Origin: an uncultured Eubacteriales bacterium | Lineage (GTDB): Bacteria > Acidobacteriota > Aminicenantia > Aminicenantales > UBA4085 | DNA: 64,000 nt | Assembly: GCA_964537875.1 (NCBI GenBank) | Contig: CAZIDN010000006.1 | Location: 30,874-94,873 of the forward strand | Direction: 5' to 3' | In this document: one piece after another, positions 47,559-56,750 of the stretch | How the letters are laid out: each line of letters begins with the position of its first letter | Numbering within the stretch: position 1 is the first letter of the stretch | Made by a program: the position numbers and the translations under genes | Notes under the pieces: generated by a model | Told to the model about the DNA's origin: nothing | The model's database searches: none | What the model saw: the letters and a program-made list of their open reading frames with translations, nothing else

Positions 47559-48306
47559 TAAATTTGCGGCCGTCGTACCGGATGATGCTCATTTTGATCT
47601 CATAGACGCTTTCCAGCAGGGCCTCGTCGAGAATGTCATCCGGCTTTCCGGAGACGACCACTTGTCCCTGCTTCATGAAGACCATGGCGTCGGAATATTT
47701 TACCGCCATGTCCAGGTTGTGAAGCGTCACCAGAACGGTTTTTTGTTTCTCCGCGGCCAGCTTTTTGGCCAGCTCCAAGATCTCCGTCTCATGCTTGGGA
47801 TCGAGAAACGATGTGGGCTCGTCGAGGATGAGGATGTCCGATTTCTGAGCCAGGGCCCGGGCGATCAGAACAAGGCGCCGCTCGCCGCTGCTGAGCTGGA
47901 AATAGGGCCGAGAAGCATAATGTCCCAGAGCGACAAAATCGAGGGCCTCCTGGGCGATCTCGACGTCCCTGGCCGAAGGAGTGGAAAACATCGGCAGATA
48001 GGCCGCCCGCCCCATCAAGATGAAGTCCAGGACGGTATAGTTGAAGATCGAGCTGTGCTCCTGGGGAACATAGGCCAGGAGCCTGGCCCGTTCATCCTCC
48101 CGCATGGCGCCGATATCCCGTCCATCGATGAAGAGTGAGCCCTTGGCCACGGGAAGGATAGCGCAGATACATTTCAAGAAGGTCGTCTTGCCTGCCCCGT
48201 TGGGGCCGACGATGGAGGTCATCTTGGCGCTTTCGAATTGGAGGTGTTCGATGTGGAGCGCGAAATTCCGGTAGCGAAAGGAGAGATTCTGAACAAGGAC
48301 GCTCAT
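47548..48306 (-). CDS. ABC transporter ATP-binding protein (FepC/FecE iron-chelate type)
   Basis: Walker A GPNGAGKTT, signature LSSGERRLVLIARAL, Walker B ILILDEPTSFLD. Confidence 0.8.
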   Translation of the reverse strand: MSVLVQNLSFRYRNFALHIEHLQFESAKMTSIVGPNGAGKTTFLKCICAILPVAKGSLFIDGRDIGAMREDERARLLAYVPQEHSSIFNYTVLDFILMGRAAYLPMFSTPSARDVEIAQEALDFVALGHYASRPYFQLSSGERRLVLIARALAQKSDILILDEPTSFLDPKHETEILELAKKLAAEKQKTVLVTLHNLDMAVKYSDAMVFMKQGQVVVSGKPDDILDEALLESVYEIKMSIIRYDGRKFIVI

Positions 48307-49313
48307 AGCCAGACCTTCTTGGACCTTTTCAGGAGGACGATAAAGAACGGAATGCCGATGAGGCTCGTGAAAATCCCCACGGGCACTTCGAACGAGGCAA
48401 TGCTCCGGGTGATGTTGTCGGCGATCATCAGGAAGCTGGCGCCGAGGGCCGCCGACATCGGGATGACTTTTCGGTTGTCAACGCCCACCATCATCCGGAC
48501 AAGATGGGGAATGATGAGTCCGACCCAGCCGATGATCCCGGCGATAGCCGTGGCGGCGGCGGTGATGACGGCCGTCATCAGGATCACCAGCAGCTTTTCC
48601 TTGCGGATGTTGATGCCCAGCGTTTTGGCTTCCTCATCGCTCATGGACAGGACGTTCATTCTCCACCGCATCAGGATGAGAATGAGGATGCCGGCTCCCA
48701 TCAGGGGCAGTGAGATGGCCAGGTCTCCCCAGCTGGCCCGCCACAGATTCCCCATCAGCCAATAAAACAGGGCTTGGAGGGCATACGGGCTGGCGAAAAA
48801 TTCGATGAGCGACAGCAGGGCCGAGAAAAAAGCCGAGACGATGACGCCGGTCAGGAGAAGGGCAATCATGGGGGAGTCCGATCTTCTGGCGATGACCAGG
48901 ACGATGACCATAGCGGCGATGGCAAAAACAAAGGCAGAGATCTGGGGCGGAAAGCTCCTGCCCAGGAAAACCATCGACAGCGATGCGCCAAAAGCGGCCC
49001 CGGAGGAAATGCCGAGGATGAATTCATTGACAAGGGGATTCTTGAAAAGAGCTTGAAGAGACGCCCCCGAAACCGAAAGAGAGGCCCCGACGGCCAAGCC
49101 GAGGAGAAGCCTGGGAATCCGGACGCTGAAGACGATGATGAGGGAGTTCGCGGGGAGGCCTTGTTTTAAGGAGGGGAAGAGAGGGGAGATCAGTGTTTTT
49201 AGCAGGTCTTTGACGGGAATATGGACGGTCCCGAAGAGAAGGGACAAAAGAAAAACAAGCAGGGGAAGGAGGCAGATCAATACGCCGAGAGCCCGCCTTC
49301 GACGATTATTCAT
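48303..49313 (-). CDS. FecCD-family iron-chelate/cobalamin ABC permease
   Basis: Start ATG at 49313 is 2 nt after the binding-protein gene stop; about 336 aa; 9-10 TM; the FecCD conserved G-rich block is near the C-terminus. The long six-frame ORF to 49571 is an artefactual extension. Confidence 0.8.
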   Translation of the reverse strand: MNNRRRRALGVLICLLPLLVFLLSLLFGTVHIPVKDLLKTLISPLFPSLKQGLPANSLIIVFSVRIPRLLLGLAVGASLSVSGASLQALFKNPLVNEFILGISSGAAFGASLSMVFLGRSFPPQISAFVFAIAAMVIVLVIARRSDSPMIALLLTGVIVSAFFSALLSLIEFFASPYALQALFYWLMGNLWRASWGDLAISLPLMGAGILILILMRWRMNVLSMSDEEAKTLGINIRKEKLLVILMTAVITAAATAIAGIIGWVGLIIPHLVRMMVGVDNRKVIPMSAALGASFLMIADNITRSIASFEVPVGIFTSLIGIPFFIVLLKRSKKVWL

Positions 49314-50385
49314 GGGCCCATTCATCGCATTTGAGGAACTTCGAGAGCGAGGAATACAGGGAATCGACGCCGTAGATTTTTTTGAAGATCTTGTTTCCTT
49401 CCCTTGCGATCTGCGCGCTGGCGAACTTATCCGGATAGAACAGCTTGGCCAGATAGAGGGTTTCGACAAGGACTTGGCCCATGTCCCACCAATTCCAGAA
49501 ACCGAAGGTATAAAAAACCTTTTTGTTCTTGACGGCGGCGACGGCTGCCAATCTCGGGTCGCGGAGGACATTCTCCACGGTGACGATCCTCTCCCGGGGC
49601 GGATAATTGCCGTGGATCAGGATGATGTCGGGATTCCACTTGATGATCTGCTCGACATCGACGACCGTCTTGTCCACGCCGAGAGAGGAGGGGAGAAGAT
49701 TTTGGGCCAGGTTGATTCCGCCGGCGGCATTGACCGGTTCGTAGAAGACCGGGGTCCGGTTCAATCCGCCGTAAAACGTCAGGTAGACGCGCGGCTTTTT
49801 GGCCCCGGGTTCGTCCAAGACGATGTTCTGGATGCCGGCGATGATTTCCTTGAAATACGTCGCGAGCTCGGCGGCTTTCTCTTTGCGGTTGAGGATGTCT
49901 CCGAGAAGCTTGGTTTCTTCGAGAAGCCTGTCGAAGCGGCCCATCGAGGCCAGGGCGACGACAGGGACCTTGATTTTCGCTTGAAGAGATTCGCAGACTT
50001 GCCTGTCCTCAGGAGCGCCGAAGATGATATCCGGGTTCAAGCGGGTCAGAGTTTCCATGTTGACGTTATAATCGGCCATGGAGGTGAGGGGAAGCTGAAC
50101 TTGAAGAGGATAAACGATCCTGAACAAACGATCGTTGGTGCGAAGAAAATAGTCGATTCCGACCAGACTGTCCGCGGCGCCGAGGGCAACGATCAGCCGC
50201 GTGATTTCAGACTGAAGGGAAAGCACACGCTTCACGTTGGCCGGAATGGTCAAGGTCCTGGACAGGCTGTCAGTGATGGCCCTTTGATCCTGGCTGGCCG
50301 AGCGGGCAGGCAGAAGGCTGCAGAAACATGCGCCCAGCAGGCCGATAGCGGCAAAAGATATGATTTTTTTTGTGAATCTCTTCAT
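49306..50385 (-). CDS. ABC transporter periplasmic substrate-binding protein (TroA/FecB-like, siderophore/cobalamin class)
   Basis: Signal peptide with lipobox-like LLGAC; two-lobed binding protein of class III; operon with the permease and ATPase. Confidence 0.7.
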   Translation of the reverse strand: MKRFTKKIISFAAIGLLGACFCSLLPARSASQDQRAITDSLSRTLTIPANVKRVLSLQSEITRLIVALGAADSLVGIDYFLRTNDRLFRIVYPLQVQLPLTSMADYNVNMETLTRLNPDIIFGAPEDRQVCESLQAKIKVPVVALASMGRFDRLLEETKLLGDILNRKEKAAELATYFKEIIAGIQNIVLDEPGAKKPRVYLTFYGGLNRTPVFYEPVNAAGGINLAQNLLPSSLGVDKTVVDVEQIIKWNPDIILIHGNYPPRERIVTVENVLRDPRLAAVAAVKNKKVFYTFGFWNWWDMGQVLVETLYLAKLFYPDKFASAQIAREGNKIFKKIYGVDSLYSSLSKFLKCDEWAHE

Positions 50386-50515
50386 GGCGGCAGGCTCTAT
50401 TATAGAAAATTTTCGGCGTTCTTTCCAGAGAAAGGACGCAGTCCATTGATTTTAAGAGACATCGGGGATATACTCGGCCCGATTTGAAGCCCTGAAATAG
50501 ATCCTGGACCTCACC

Positions 50516-51712
50516 ATGAATAAATCCGGCCGGGCCTTGCTCCTCGTTTCTCTGGCGGTCTTCCTAGCCTCTTCCACCTGGTTTTCAGGCACGGCGGCGG
50601 CTCCCGTTTTAAAGGGGATCTGGAACTTGGGAGAAGTCCGGTCCTCGTGGCTGACGATCTCCGTCCAGCTCGGTTTTATTTTTGGGACGTTTTTCTATGC
50701 GCTCCTGAACCTCGCGGATATTTTTAGAACGCGGAAGGTCTTTTTCGTCTCGGCTCTGCTTGGCGCCTTATTCAATGCTGGTTTTGCCGTGTCTTCGGAA
50801 AGCTTCGACATGGCCTTGGCCCTCAGGTTTCTCACGGGCGCAACCCTGGCCGGCGTGTATCCGGTGGGAATGAAGATCGTCGCCCAATGGTTCCGGACGA
50901 GTTTAGGATGGAGGTTGGGTATCATGGTCGGGGCCCTGACTCTGGGAACAGCCGTCCCTTTTCTTTTTTTTGCCGCCGGCAGCCGTTTGGATTGGAGGAT
51001 TTTAATATTCACGTCCTCGGTCTGCGCCCTTGCCGGCGGCCTGCTTGTGCTGCTCGGCGTTCCCGACGGCCCCTATTTGAAAGAGACGCCTCCGTTCGAC
51101 GCGCGAGCGGCATTCCGGATCTTCCGGTTCCGGACGTTTCGCCTCCAGGCTTTCGGCTACTTCGGCCACATGTGGGAGCTCTATGCTTTCTGGTCTCTCG
51201 TCTCCTCTTATCTTGCGGCGAGCTTCGCCAAAAATGCCCGGCAACTTGTGGGCTCCGTTCCTTTGATTGCTTTTCTGGTTGTCGGCATTGGTATTGTCGG
51301 CTGCGTTCTGGGCGGATGGATGTCCCGATTTGCGGGTGAGCGCAAGGTCGCTCTGGCTTCACTCATCGCTTCGACAATATTCTGCAGCCTGTCCGGATTT
51401 CTCTTCGAGCTTCCCCCGGGCTTGCTCATTCCGGCTGTTTTGTTTTGGGGCATTGTCGTCGTTTCCGACTCGCCGCAATTTTCCGCCTTGGCGGCCGTTT
51501 CTTGTCCGCCGGAATATACGGGAACGGCCTTGACCATCCAGAACGGCATCGGCTTCGGAATTACCGTCATCTCCATCCAGTTCATAGCCTGGTTGAGCCA
51601 GCGCGTCGGCTGGCAGTGGGCCTTTGTCTTCCTTGCGGCCGGCCCCTTGTTGGGAGCCGTGTCCATGGTGAAACTAAAAAATTCTTCCCCAATCCCTACA
51701 TCCATCCGTTGA
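50516..51712 (+). CDS. MFS transporter
   Basis: 12 TM, two 6-TM halves; 398 aa. Confidence 0.75.
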   Translation: MNKSGRALLLVSLAVFLASSTWFSGTAAAPVLKGIWNLGEVRSSWLTISVQLGFIFGTFFYALLNLADIFRTRKVFFVSALLGALFNAGFAVSSESFDMALALRFLTGATLAGVYPVGMKIVAQWFRTSLGWRLGIMVGALTLGTAVPFLFFAAGSRLDWRILIFTSSVCALAGGLLVLLGVPDGPYLKETPPFDARAAFRIFRFRTFRLQAFGYFGHMWELYAFWSLVSSYLAASFAKNARQLVGSVPLIAFLVVGIGIVGCVLGGWMSRFAGERKVALASLIASTIFCSLSGFLFELPPGLLIPAVLFWGIVVVSDSPQFSALAAVSCPPEYTGTALTIQNGIGFGITVISIQFIAWLSQRVGWQWAFVFLAAGPLLGAVSMVKLKNSSPIPTSIR

Positions 51713-51737
51713 AATACAGAGCAACCGGCCCCGGGCC

Positions 51738-52985
51738 CTACATCCCGTACATGTCGATGATTTCTTGTTTCGTCTTGCCCAGGATGTTGAATTTCCTGCC
51801 GACCTTGGTGAAGGCCTCGAGCGCCTTGTCCAAATGATGGATTTCGTGGGCGGCCGAGATCTGTGTCCGGATTCTCGCCTGCCCTTGGGGCACGACGGGG
51901 AAGAAAAAGCCGATGGCATAGACGCCCTCATCATAGAGCGCCCGCGAGAAATCCTGGGATAGCTTGGCGTTGAACAGCATGACGGGCACGATCGGCGTGT
52001 CGCCTTCTCTCAAGACAAAGCCGGCCTCCGTCAGTCCTTTTCTCCAGTAGGCCGCGTTCTTTTCCAGCTTGTCTCTCCGCTCCGTCGTCATGGACAGGAT
52101 GTCGAGGACTTTGAGAACGCCCGCCACGACTACCGGCGCGATGGTGTTGGAGAAAAGATAAGGCCGGGCTCTCTGGCGGCACATCTCGACGAGCTCCTTG
52201 CGGCCGGACACGCATCCGCCAGACGCCCCGCCGAGGGCCTTGCCGAACGTAGTCGTGATGAGATCGATCTTGCCCATGACTCCGCACTTTTCATGGGTGC
52301 CGCGCCCGGTCTTGCCGATGAACCCGGACGAATGCGAATCGTCCACGAGCAACAGGGCCTCGTATTTTTCGCACAGGGCGACCATCTCATCCAGCTTGGC
52401 CGTGTCGCCGTCCATCGAAAAAACGCCGTCCGTGATGACCAGCTTCAAGCGTTTGTCAGCATGGAGCTGGAGCTTTGATTCGAGGTGGGCCATATCGGAA
52501 TGTTTGAACGTGTCGTGCATGGCGCTGCAGAGGCGGATGCCGTCGATCAACGAGGCATGGACCAGCCGGTCGGAGATCATGACATCGTCCTTGGTCAGGA
52601 CGGCCTCGAAGACGCCGGCATTGGCGTCCATGCAGGAAGGAAAAAGGATCGTGGCCTCCGTGCCCAAGAACTTGGTCAACCGATCTTCCAACTCACGGTG
52701 GATATCTTGGGTGCCACAGATGAAGCGGACCGAGGACATGCCGTAGCCGCGCGAGTCCAGCCCTTCGTGGGCCGCCTTGATCACGTCGGGGTGACTGGAC
52801 AGCCCGAGGTAGTTGTTGGCGCACATGTTGATGACTTTTTTGAGCGAAGAGCCAGCCGGAAATTCGACGTCGATATCGGCGGCCTGCGGCGAATGGATGT
52901 ACCGTTCCATTTTGAAGATGCCGGCATCCTGGATCGCCTTCAATTGATCCTGGTACATAGCTCGAACTTTATCGCTATAGGCCAT
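51738..52985 (-). CDS. kbl: 2-amino-3-ketobutyrate CoA ligase (glycine C-acetyltransferase), alpha-oxoamine synthase family
   Basis: Very close collinear match to enterobacterial Kbl, including NFCANNYLGL, SVRFICGTQD, TDGVFSMDG, VDDSH, the PLP-lysine block GTLGKALGGASGG and YPVVPxGQARIRTQxSAAH. Confidence 0.85.
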   Translation of the reverse strand: MAYSDKVRAMYQDQLKAIQDAGIFKMERYIHSPQAADIDVEFPAGSSLKKVINMCANNYLGLSSHPDVIKAAHEGLDSRGYGMSSVRFICGTQDIHRELEDRLTKFLGTEATILFPSCMDANAGVFEAVLTKDDVMISDRLVHASLIDGIRLCSAMHDTFKHSDMAHLESKLQLHADKRLKLVITDGVFSMDGDTAKLDEMVALCEKYEALLLVDDSHSSGFIGKTGRGTHEKCGVMGKIDLITTTFGKALGGASGGCVSGRKELVEMCRQRARPYLFSNTIAPVVVAGVLKVLDILSMTTERRDKLEKNAAYWRKGLTEAGFVLREGDTPIVPVMLFNAKLSQDFSRALYDEGVYAIGFFFPVVPQGQARIRTQISAAHEIHHLDKALEAFTKVGRKFNILGKTKQEIIDMYGM

Positions 52986-53048
52986 TGGTGTTCTCCTTGT
53001 CTATTCTGTCATGGCGAGGCGCTTTGCGCCGTGGCCATCTCATGCCTA

Positions 53049-53108
53049 TCGCACCGAGAAGGGGAGATTCCTCGCTTTGCTCGGAATGACCCTCTGGATG
53101 GGATGGCA
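53049..53108. repeat. Copy 2 of the ~65-bp intergenic repeat (see 2033-2097)
   Basis: See copy 1; lies 45 bp 5' of the kbl start. The 178-aa six-frame ORF covering it is spurious. Confidence 0.5.
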
Positions 53109-53148
53109 CGCGTCGCTCGCGTTGACAGGGCAAAGCCATGATCCTTTT

Positions 53149-53394
53149 TTATTTCACGAATCTTTTGACGAGGGCCGCGATCTTGTTCACGGAATCGAAC
53201 GCTTCGGGCGTGGCATCGCCATCGGGGATGGAGATTTTATACCTGTTTTCCAGGAATCTCTTGAGCGAGACCATCGAAAACGAATCCACGATCCCGCCCG
53301 AGATCAGGGGCGTGTCATAGGTGAGGGGATCGCTTCCCTCTTCCAGATACTCTTCGGACACATATTTGAGGACGACGTCCTTCAGGTCTTCCAT
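53149..53394 (-). CDS. Acyl-carrier-protein-like small protein
   Basis: 81 aa; ...GGIVDSFSMVSLKRFLENRYKISIPD... matches the ACP/PCP phosphopantetheine attachment context (DSx followed by an amphipathic helix). Confidence 0.6.
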   Translation of the reverse strand: MEDLKDVVLKYVSEEYLEEGSDPLTYDTPLISGGIVDSFSMVSLKRFLENRYKISIPDGDATPEAFDSVNKIAALVKRFVK

Positions 53395-53488
53395 GATATG
53401 ACTCCTTTTAGTAAAAATCCGGGGACATGGACCAAATTTCTAAATTCGGTACGTGTCCCCATTTTTTCTTCCCCTTTTTTCTTCCAGA

Positions 53489-55192
53489 TCAATCGTTCTC
53501 CAGCGTCGAAGTATCGCCGATCTCTTCGCCCCATTCCTTGGCCTTGAGGATGCGGCGCATGATCTTTCCGCTCCGGGTCTTGGGGAGCGAATCGATATAT
53601 TCGATCTCCTGGGGCATGGCCAGCGGCGAGAGCTTTTTCCGGATGAAGTTCATGATTTCAAGCTCCAAATCCGAGCTGGCCGCAAAACCGGGCTTAAGCG
53701 TGACAAAGGCCTTGACGACCTCCATGTTGAGCGGGTCGGGCTTGCTGACGACCGCGGATTCCGCGACGGCGGGATGCTCGAGCAGGGCGGATTCGACCTC
53801 GAACGGACTGACCAGGTGTCCGGCCGTATTGATGACGTCGTCATCGCGGCCGACGAACCAGAAGTAGCCTTCTTTATCGATGCTGGCCCTGTCTCCCGTG
53901 AGGTACCAGCCGTTTTTAAACTTATTTTTATAGGCCTCTTCATTGTTCCAATAGGTCCGCATCATCGACGGCCAGCCGGGCTTGATGGCGATCAAGCCGA
54001 TCTTTCCCGGCTCGCCGTAGGGCTCATAGGTTTTCGGGTCGACGACCGTGGCCGTGATCCCGGGGAATGGTTTTCCCATGGAGCCCGGCTTGATCTTCAT
54101 CCCGGGATAGTTGCTGATCATGATCGAGCCGGTCTCGGTCTGCCAGAAGCTGTCATGAAAGGGCTTGCCGAAGACTTTTTCCGACCAGATGACCGCTTCC
54201 GGGTTGAGGGGCTCGCCGACGCTGGCCAGATAGCGGAGGGAGGAATGGTCGTATTTTTTCACGAGCTCATGGCTGGCCTTCATGAGAGAGCGGATCGCCG
54301 TCGGCGCCGAATACCACATGGTCACCTTGTATTTTTCGATGAATCGGTACCAGGCCTCGGCCGAAAATCCGCTGTCCAGGACGGCCTGGGTGATGCCCGT
54401 GCTCCAAGGACCGATGATCCCGTAGGAGGTGCCGGTGACCCAGCCGGGGTCGGCCGTGCACCAATAGATATCATTCTCCCGAAGGTCGAGGACCCATTTG
54501 GTCGTCAGGTATTGAGAGATGAGCGAGTAATGGACATGCTTGACCCCCTTGGGCTGGCCGGTCGTTCCCGATGTATAGTGTAGAAGGGAGGGGGATTCGG
54601 CCGTGGTCGGGAAAATATCAAAGGAATCGACCGGATCGGCTTTTTCCAACGAGAAAGCGACTTCCCTTTCTTTGAGAGGGGTCTTTCCGTCGTAGTCGAC
54701 GATGATGATATGCTTCAAACTGGGAAGCTTGTCCAGGATCTTGCGGACCTTGGGGGCGTGTTTTTTCTGAGTGAAGACAGCGGACGTTTTGGCGTTATCC
54801 AGCCTGACAAAGAGCGACTCATCGCCGAATGCGGAAAAGAGAGGCTGGGCGATAGCCCCCGTTTTCAGGATTCCCAGCAGACCGATGTAGAGCTCGGGGA
54901 CCCTGTCCATAAAGAGGCAGACGCGCTCTTCATTCTTGATGCCCAGTCCGCGCAGGAAGGCTCCGATCGTATTGCTCGCCCGGCGGATGTCATGATAAGT
55001 GTATTTCTTCTCGATCCCGCCCAGGCCTTCCCAGAGGAGCGCGAGCTTTTCGCCCTTGCCCTGTTGGCAGATGCGGTCCGAACAGTACCAGCCGATGTTG
55101 ATGACCTGGCCCGGTTTGTAGTCAAGTTCCTTCTCGGAGATGGACCAGCTGAAGTTTTTGAGCCGTTCTTCGTAGGAGCCGATATTTGACAT
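53489..55192 (-). CDS. AMP-forming acyl-CoA synthetase, acetyl-CoA-synthetase-like family
   Basis: AMP-binding motif YTSGTTGQPKG, the ...WYLTGDRA...GRDDDVINTAGHLV block, C-terminal SGKIMRR lysine; 567 aa. Confidence 0.8.
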   Translation of the reverse strand: MSNIGSYEERLKNFSWSISEKELDYKPGQVINIGWYCSDRICQQGKGEKLALLWEGLGGIEKKYTYHDIRRASNTIGAFLRGLGIKNEERVCLFMDRVPELYIGLLGILKTGAIAQPLFSAFGDESLFVRLDNAKTSAVFTQKKHAPKVRKILDKLPSLKHIIIVDYDGKTPLKEREVAFSLEKADPVDSFDIFPTTAESPSLLHYTSGTTGQPKGVKHVHYSLISQYLTTKWVLDLRENDIYWCTADPGWVTGTSYGIIGPWSTGITQAVLDSGFSAEAWYRFIEKYKVTMWYSAPTAIRSLMKASHELVKKYDHSSLRYLASVGEPLNPEAVIWSEKVFGKPFHDSFWQTETGSIMISNYPGMKIKPGSMGKPFPGITATVVDPKTYEPYGEPGKIGLIAIKPGWPSMMRTYWNNEEAYKNKFKNGWYLTGDRASIDKEGYFWFVGRDDDVINTAGHLVSPFEVESALLEHPAVAESAVVSKPDPLNMEVVKAFVTLKPGFAASSDLELEIMNFIRKKLSPLAMPQEIEYIDSLPKTRSGKIMRRILKAKEWGEEIGDTSTLEND

Positions 55193-55294
55193 GGAGTATC
55201 CTTTAGGATTGGATTTTAAAGGGATAAAATTATACCGTATTCTCTCGAAAAATCAAAACGGCCGCGCTCGAGAGGATGCCAATCCCTTTGAGCA

Positions 55295-55323
55295 TTGACA
55301 TTTCTCCATAACTGCAATAAATA
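55295..55323 (+). promoter_or_regulatory. Sigma-70-like promoter at the island's 5' edge
   Basis: TTGACA - 17 nt - TAAATA upstream of the ATG at 55354. Confidence 0.3.
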
Positions 55324-55353
55324 ATAAGCATAATGTATAAGGAAGGAAGGGGC

Positions 55354-56700
55354 ATGTCCAAAAGACAGCTGTCTATATCAATCCTGGCGATTTCCTTAGG
55401 GATGTTTTTTCTGGAAATCCCTTGGTTAATTTCCCAGGAAACTTCTGCCAACAAAGCCGCCAAGCTCAAGATCGGTGAGATGAAATTTGAGACAGATCTC
55501 GCCGGCCGGAAAGCGCCCGCAGGAAAACTTTTTTTGGTGCTTGAAACGGAGTGGGAAAATATCCACCCCAAGCAGAAAATCGAAAAGAGCAGGCTGGAGG
55601 GCAAGCAAGACCGGACGATGGGGGTGGGCGGGCTCACCGGGGGAGGGCAAAAAGGAAAAGAGGAGTATGTAGATGCGGATGTCGCCTATCAAGTCCCGAA
55701 TTTTTTTGACCATGCTTACTGCCTGGCCGACGGAAAAAGCTACCCATTGGACAGGCTGACTGAGCAAACTCAGGGCGGCATAGGATTGAAAAAAACATTC
55801 TCCATAGCAAAATTCGGAGAAAAGAAACAGGTCACTTTCGTCTACGTTGTTCCCAAGGACGCTAAAAATCTGGCATTTCAGTTCTTCGATTATTCCAACG
55901 GCCATCTCCTGGTCCCGATCAAAGGCGACTTAGCATTGGCTCGCGGAGCAGGGGGAGGCGCCGGAAAGGTCTTGGATCAGTTTAAGGATGATTTTATCGA
56001 TATTTCGGCTAACAAAATGGATTTCCAAGCCGAGTTTAAAGGCGAAAAAGCGCCCGCAGGTTGGCAATACACCGTCGTCGAGCTCGGGGGGAAGAGCCTT
56101 TCTGAGGGAAATATCATTCAGATTAGGCCAAAAGATTATCTCTGGCTGAGCACGAACGATGGTTATCTCTACTATTGCGGCGGCGCGACGACAACAGAGG
56201 GAGGGCTTATCCGTTTTACCCCTGAGGTATACCAAAATCAAGAAGTCGCCTTTCTCGTGCCAGCGGCCGTGAAGGACTTTACCCTCGGAGTGCGGATTAA
56301 GAACAAGGTCTATAATCTCAAGCTTAATCCAAGATTTCAGCCGGAAATCCCCAAGGCCCTGGCCTCGCATCGCGATGGGAAGACGATGGAGATTTTTGTT
56401 TACGGCCTGCGTCAGGAGGGCGACAAAACCATCCTCGACCTCGGCATCCAGTCGCTCGTGAACAGCGGGATCGAGATCCAGACCAGCCGGCAATTTATCC
56501 TCAAGACCGGCGAGGAGAGCGTCAATTTTGATGAGGAGTCCACAGGGGCGCTCTTTCATCGTCCGCCCGACCCCTTCACGATCCCGCCGCAGACATTCAT
56601 CCGGTTTGAGCTGGCTTATAAAAGCGGCAAGGTGCCAACCGCACTCTACTACCGCGGTTACGAAAGCGAAAAGACGTTTGAGCTTAGTAAAATCAGGTAA
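55354..56700 (+). CDS. Secreted hypothetical protein with two DUF4352-like beta-sandwich repeats
   Basis: Signal peptide; internal duplication (AGRKAPAGKLFLVLETEWEN... / KGEKAPAGWQYTVVELGG...) resembling the DUF4352 pattern; 448 aa. Confidence 0.45.
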   Translation: MSKRQLSISILAISLGMFFLEIPWLISQETSANKAAKLKIGEMKFETDLAGRKAPAGKLFLVLETEWENIHPKQKIEKSRLEGKQDRTMGVGGLTGGGQKGKEEYVDADVAYQVPNFFDHAYCLADGKSYPLDRLTEQTQGGIGLKKTFSIAKFGEKKQVTFVYVVPKDAKNLAFQFFDYSNGHLLVPIKGDLALARGAGGGAGKVLDQFKDDFIDISANKMDFQAEFKGEKAPAGWQYTVVELGGKSLSEGNIIQIRPKDYLWLSTNDGYLYYCGGATTTEGGLIRFTPEVYQNQEVAFLVPAAVKDFTLGVRIKNKVYNLKLNPRFQPEIPKALASHRDGKTMEIFVYGLRQEGDKTILDLGIQSLVNSGIEIQTSRQFILKTGEESVNFDEESTGALFHRPPDPFTIPPQTFIRFELAYKSGKVPTALYYRGYESEKTFELSKIR

Positions 56701-56750
56701 TCATAGATATTTATTCATGACTTAATATGCGATTCAAAAAGGAGGGTCGG

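Noticed and set aside
49135-50487. 450-aa plus-strand ORF antisense to the FecCD permease and binding protein
   Set aside because: Antisense artefact; the minus-strand genes form a coherent ABC importer operon.
53453-54583. 376-aa plus-strand ORF antisense to the Acs-like ligase
   Set aside because: Antisense artefact.
56727-56750. Upstream ATG for the TGase-like lipoprotein
   Set aside because: An AAGGAGGG RBS lies between this ATG and the ATG at 56751, so the latter is the start.
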